Source: Dokdonella sp.
Lineage (GTDB): Bacteria; Pseudomonadota; Gammaproteobacteria; Xanthomonadales; Rhodanobacteraceae
Direction: 5' to 3'
Assembly (NCBI GenBank): GCA_024707225.1
Contig: JANQAE010000001.1
Coordinates: forward strand, 1,793,387-1,857,386
Length of the DNA stretch: 64,000 nt
The notes under the pieces are model-generated. The model was not told the origin of the DNA, did not search any database, and saw only the letters and a program-made list of their open reading frames with translations. Of the stretch, positions 62,760 to 64,000 are shown one piece after another; positions within the stretch are counted from its first letter, which is position 1, and the number at the start of each line of letters is the position of its first letter. The position numbers and the translations under genes are program-made.

Positions 62760-64000
62760 TCAATCGAAACCGTTCGCGAAAATCGCTTCGGCGCGCGCCG
62801 GGCCGCCGATGAACAGGATCGAGCCGGTGCTGGCCGGGCGGTAGCTGCCGAAGCCGCCGGCCGCGAATGCGAGCCTCCAGCGGTTGGCGCTCTGCGCGAT
62901 CACGACCGCGCCCGCGTCGTGCCAGCCGATCGTCGCCGCGTCACCGGGCGTCGACGGTCCGTACAGCCGCCACGACCAGCCGCCGCCGAACGTGACGCCG
63001 TGATAGGTCACCTCGATCGTCGCGCCCGGGCAGCGCGGCGCCTCGAAGCGCAGCAGGCCGAGCGGATGCGCGTGACCGGCGTCGGTCGGCAGCGCGGCGG
63101 CGTCGACCGGCGCGACGTCGACCAGCTGCGGGCAGTCGCCGTCGATCAGCTTGACGGTGAACCAGCCGCCATCGGCGCCGAGCGGCGCCGGTGCCGATGC
63201 TTCGCCTTGCGGCCGCCAGGCCGCCATCGCCGCACCCGCTGCGGTCGCGCCGACGGTGGCCTGCAGCGCGTCGCGAATGCCGTCGCCGTCGCTGTCGCCG
63301 CCGTTCGGACCGGCGTCCTCGACCGCGTCGGGAATGCCGTCGCCGTCGGCGTCCGGCAGCTGCTCGAGCGTGAATACGCCGCCGCCGGTGCCGGCGTGCA
63401 GGATCGCCGGATCGGCCGGATCGAGCGCCAGCGCGGTCGCCGAGGAGGCCGGCAGGCCGAGGCTGATCGAGCGCCAGCTCGCACCGCCGTCGACGCTCTT
63501 GAACACGCCGCCCGGATTGGCCGCGTCCAGGCCGCCGCTGGCTGCGTACAGCGTGCCCGGCGTCGCCGCGTCGACCAATAGCGCGCGCGTATCCGGCGCG
63601 GTGATGCCGGCATTGGCGAGCGCCCAATTCGCGCCGCCGTCGATGGTCTTGTAGAGACTGCCCGGGCCGGTCCAGTTGTTGGTGTCGATCGTGCTGGCCC
63701 ATAGCGTCTGCGGGTTGGCCGGGTCGATCGCCAGCGCGAGCACGTCGAGCGCGGCATCGGCCGAGCCCGGATAGCGCGGCAGACCGTGGCTGCGGTGCAC
63801 CCAGCTGGCGCCGCCGTCGGTGCTGCGGAACACGCCGCTGGCGATCTGCGGCGCGTCGTAGCTGCCGCTGACCGGATCGTAGTGATTGTTCTGCGCGAAC
63901 GTGCCGACGTAGAGCGTGGCGGGGTTGGCCGGATCGATCACCAGCGGCACGGCGCCGCTGATCGTGCTGTAGCTGCTGTCCGGCCCCGCAACGTCGTGCG
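62760..64000 (-). CDS. Secreted-type BNR/Asp-box propeller protein with DxDGDG Ca-binding repeats, a choice-of-anchor-U-like domain and an EAIFANGFD tail (5' end outside window)
   Basis: RSTDGGASW, KTIDGGANW and KSVDGGASW Asp-boxes; DADGDGIPD...DSDGDGIRDALQ; C-terminal beta domain. Confidence 0.8.
   Translation of the reverse strand, partial: HDVAGPDSSYSTISGAVPLVIDPANPATLYVGTFAQNNHYDPVSGSYDAPQIASGVFRSTDGGASWVHRSHGLPRYPGSADAALDVLALAIDPANPQTLWASTIDTNNWTGPGSLYKTIDGGANWALANAGITAPDTRALLVDAATPGTLYAASGGLDAANPGGVFKSVDGGASWRSISLGLPASSATALALDPADPAILHAGTGGGVFTLEQLPDADGDGIPDAVEDAGPNGGDSDGDGIRDALQATVGATAAGAAMAAWRPQGEASAPAPLGADGGWFTVKLIDGDCPQLVDVAPVDAAALPTDAGHAHPLGLLRFEAPRCPGATIEVTYHGVTFGGGWSWRLYGPSTPGDAATIGWHDAGAVVIAQSANRWRLAFAAGGFGSYRPASTGSILFIGGPARAEAIFANGFD

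Overview
A very GC-rich (about 70%+ by eye) window. Gene content and the C-terminal ...GFD tails point to a Xanthomonadales/Rhodanobacteraceae-type bacterium (inference). It has four parts. (1) 1-31 kb: a Wzy-dependent exopolysaccharide locus that runs off the left edge. It has AsnB-like amidotransferase, four GT4-type/GT2 groups, an O-acyltransferase, a Gfo/Idh/MocA-SDR fusion, a NodS-like methyltransferase, two NodB/CE4 deacetylases, Wzy, Wzx, a CapK-like ligase, GalE, TviB plus uronate epimerase, a short non-lipoprotein OPX, a Wzz-like protein, a BY-kinase homologue with a broken P-loop, and an outer-membrane beta-barrel. Two convergent paralogous heparinase II/III-like lyases sit in its middle. 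(2) 32.3-38.5 kb: a lower-GC Rhs toxin with a signal peptide and a HExxH C-terminal domain, plus a signal-peptide-bearing immunity gene. (3) 38.5-50.2 kb: a MacAB-like ABC system, DUF3052, hemerythrin and a TolC-MFP-RND operon. (4) 50.2-64 kb: a secreted repeat protein divergent from a wHTH-Ser/Thr kinase-TM-TPR gene, an FAH-family gene, czcICBA-like genes, mscL and a truncated secreted BNR protein. Most notable: three otherwise unrelated proteins end in the same 9-residue tail, E-x-[LI]-[FL]-x-[NE]-G-F-D, a candidate sorting signal, and only one of the two lyase paralogues carries it. Several clean regulator sites are also visible: two CRP/Clp boxes, a 22-bp perfect palindrome and an 11-bp-period direct repeat. 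About 12 genes are frameshifted, mostly in GC runs, probably from sequencing or assembly errors. No rRNA, tRNA, CRISPR array or transposase was recognised. All family calls come from motif recognition by eye; no database searches were run.
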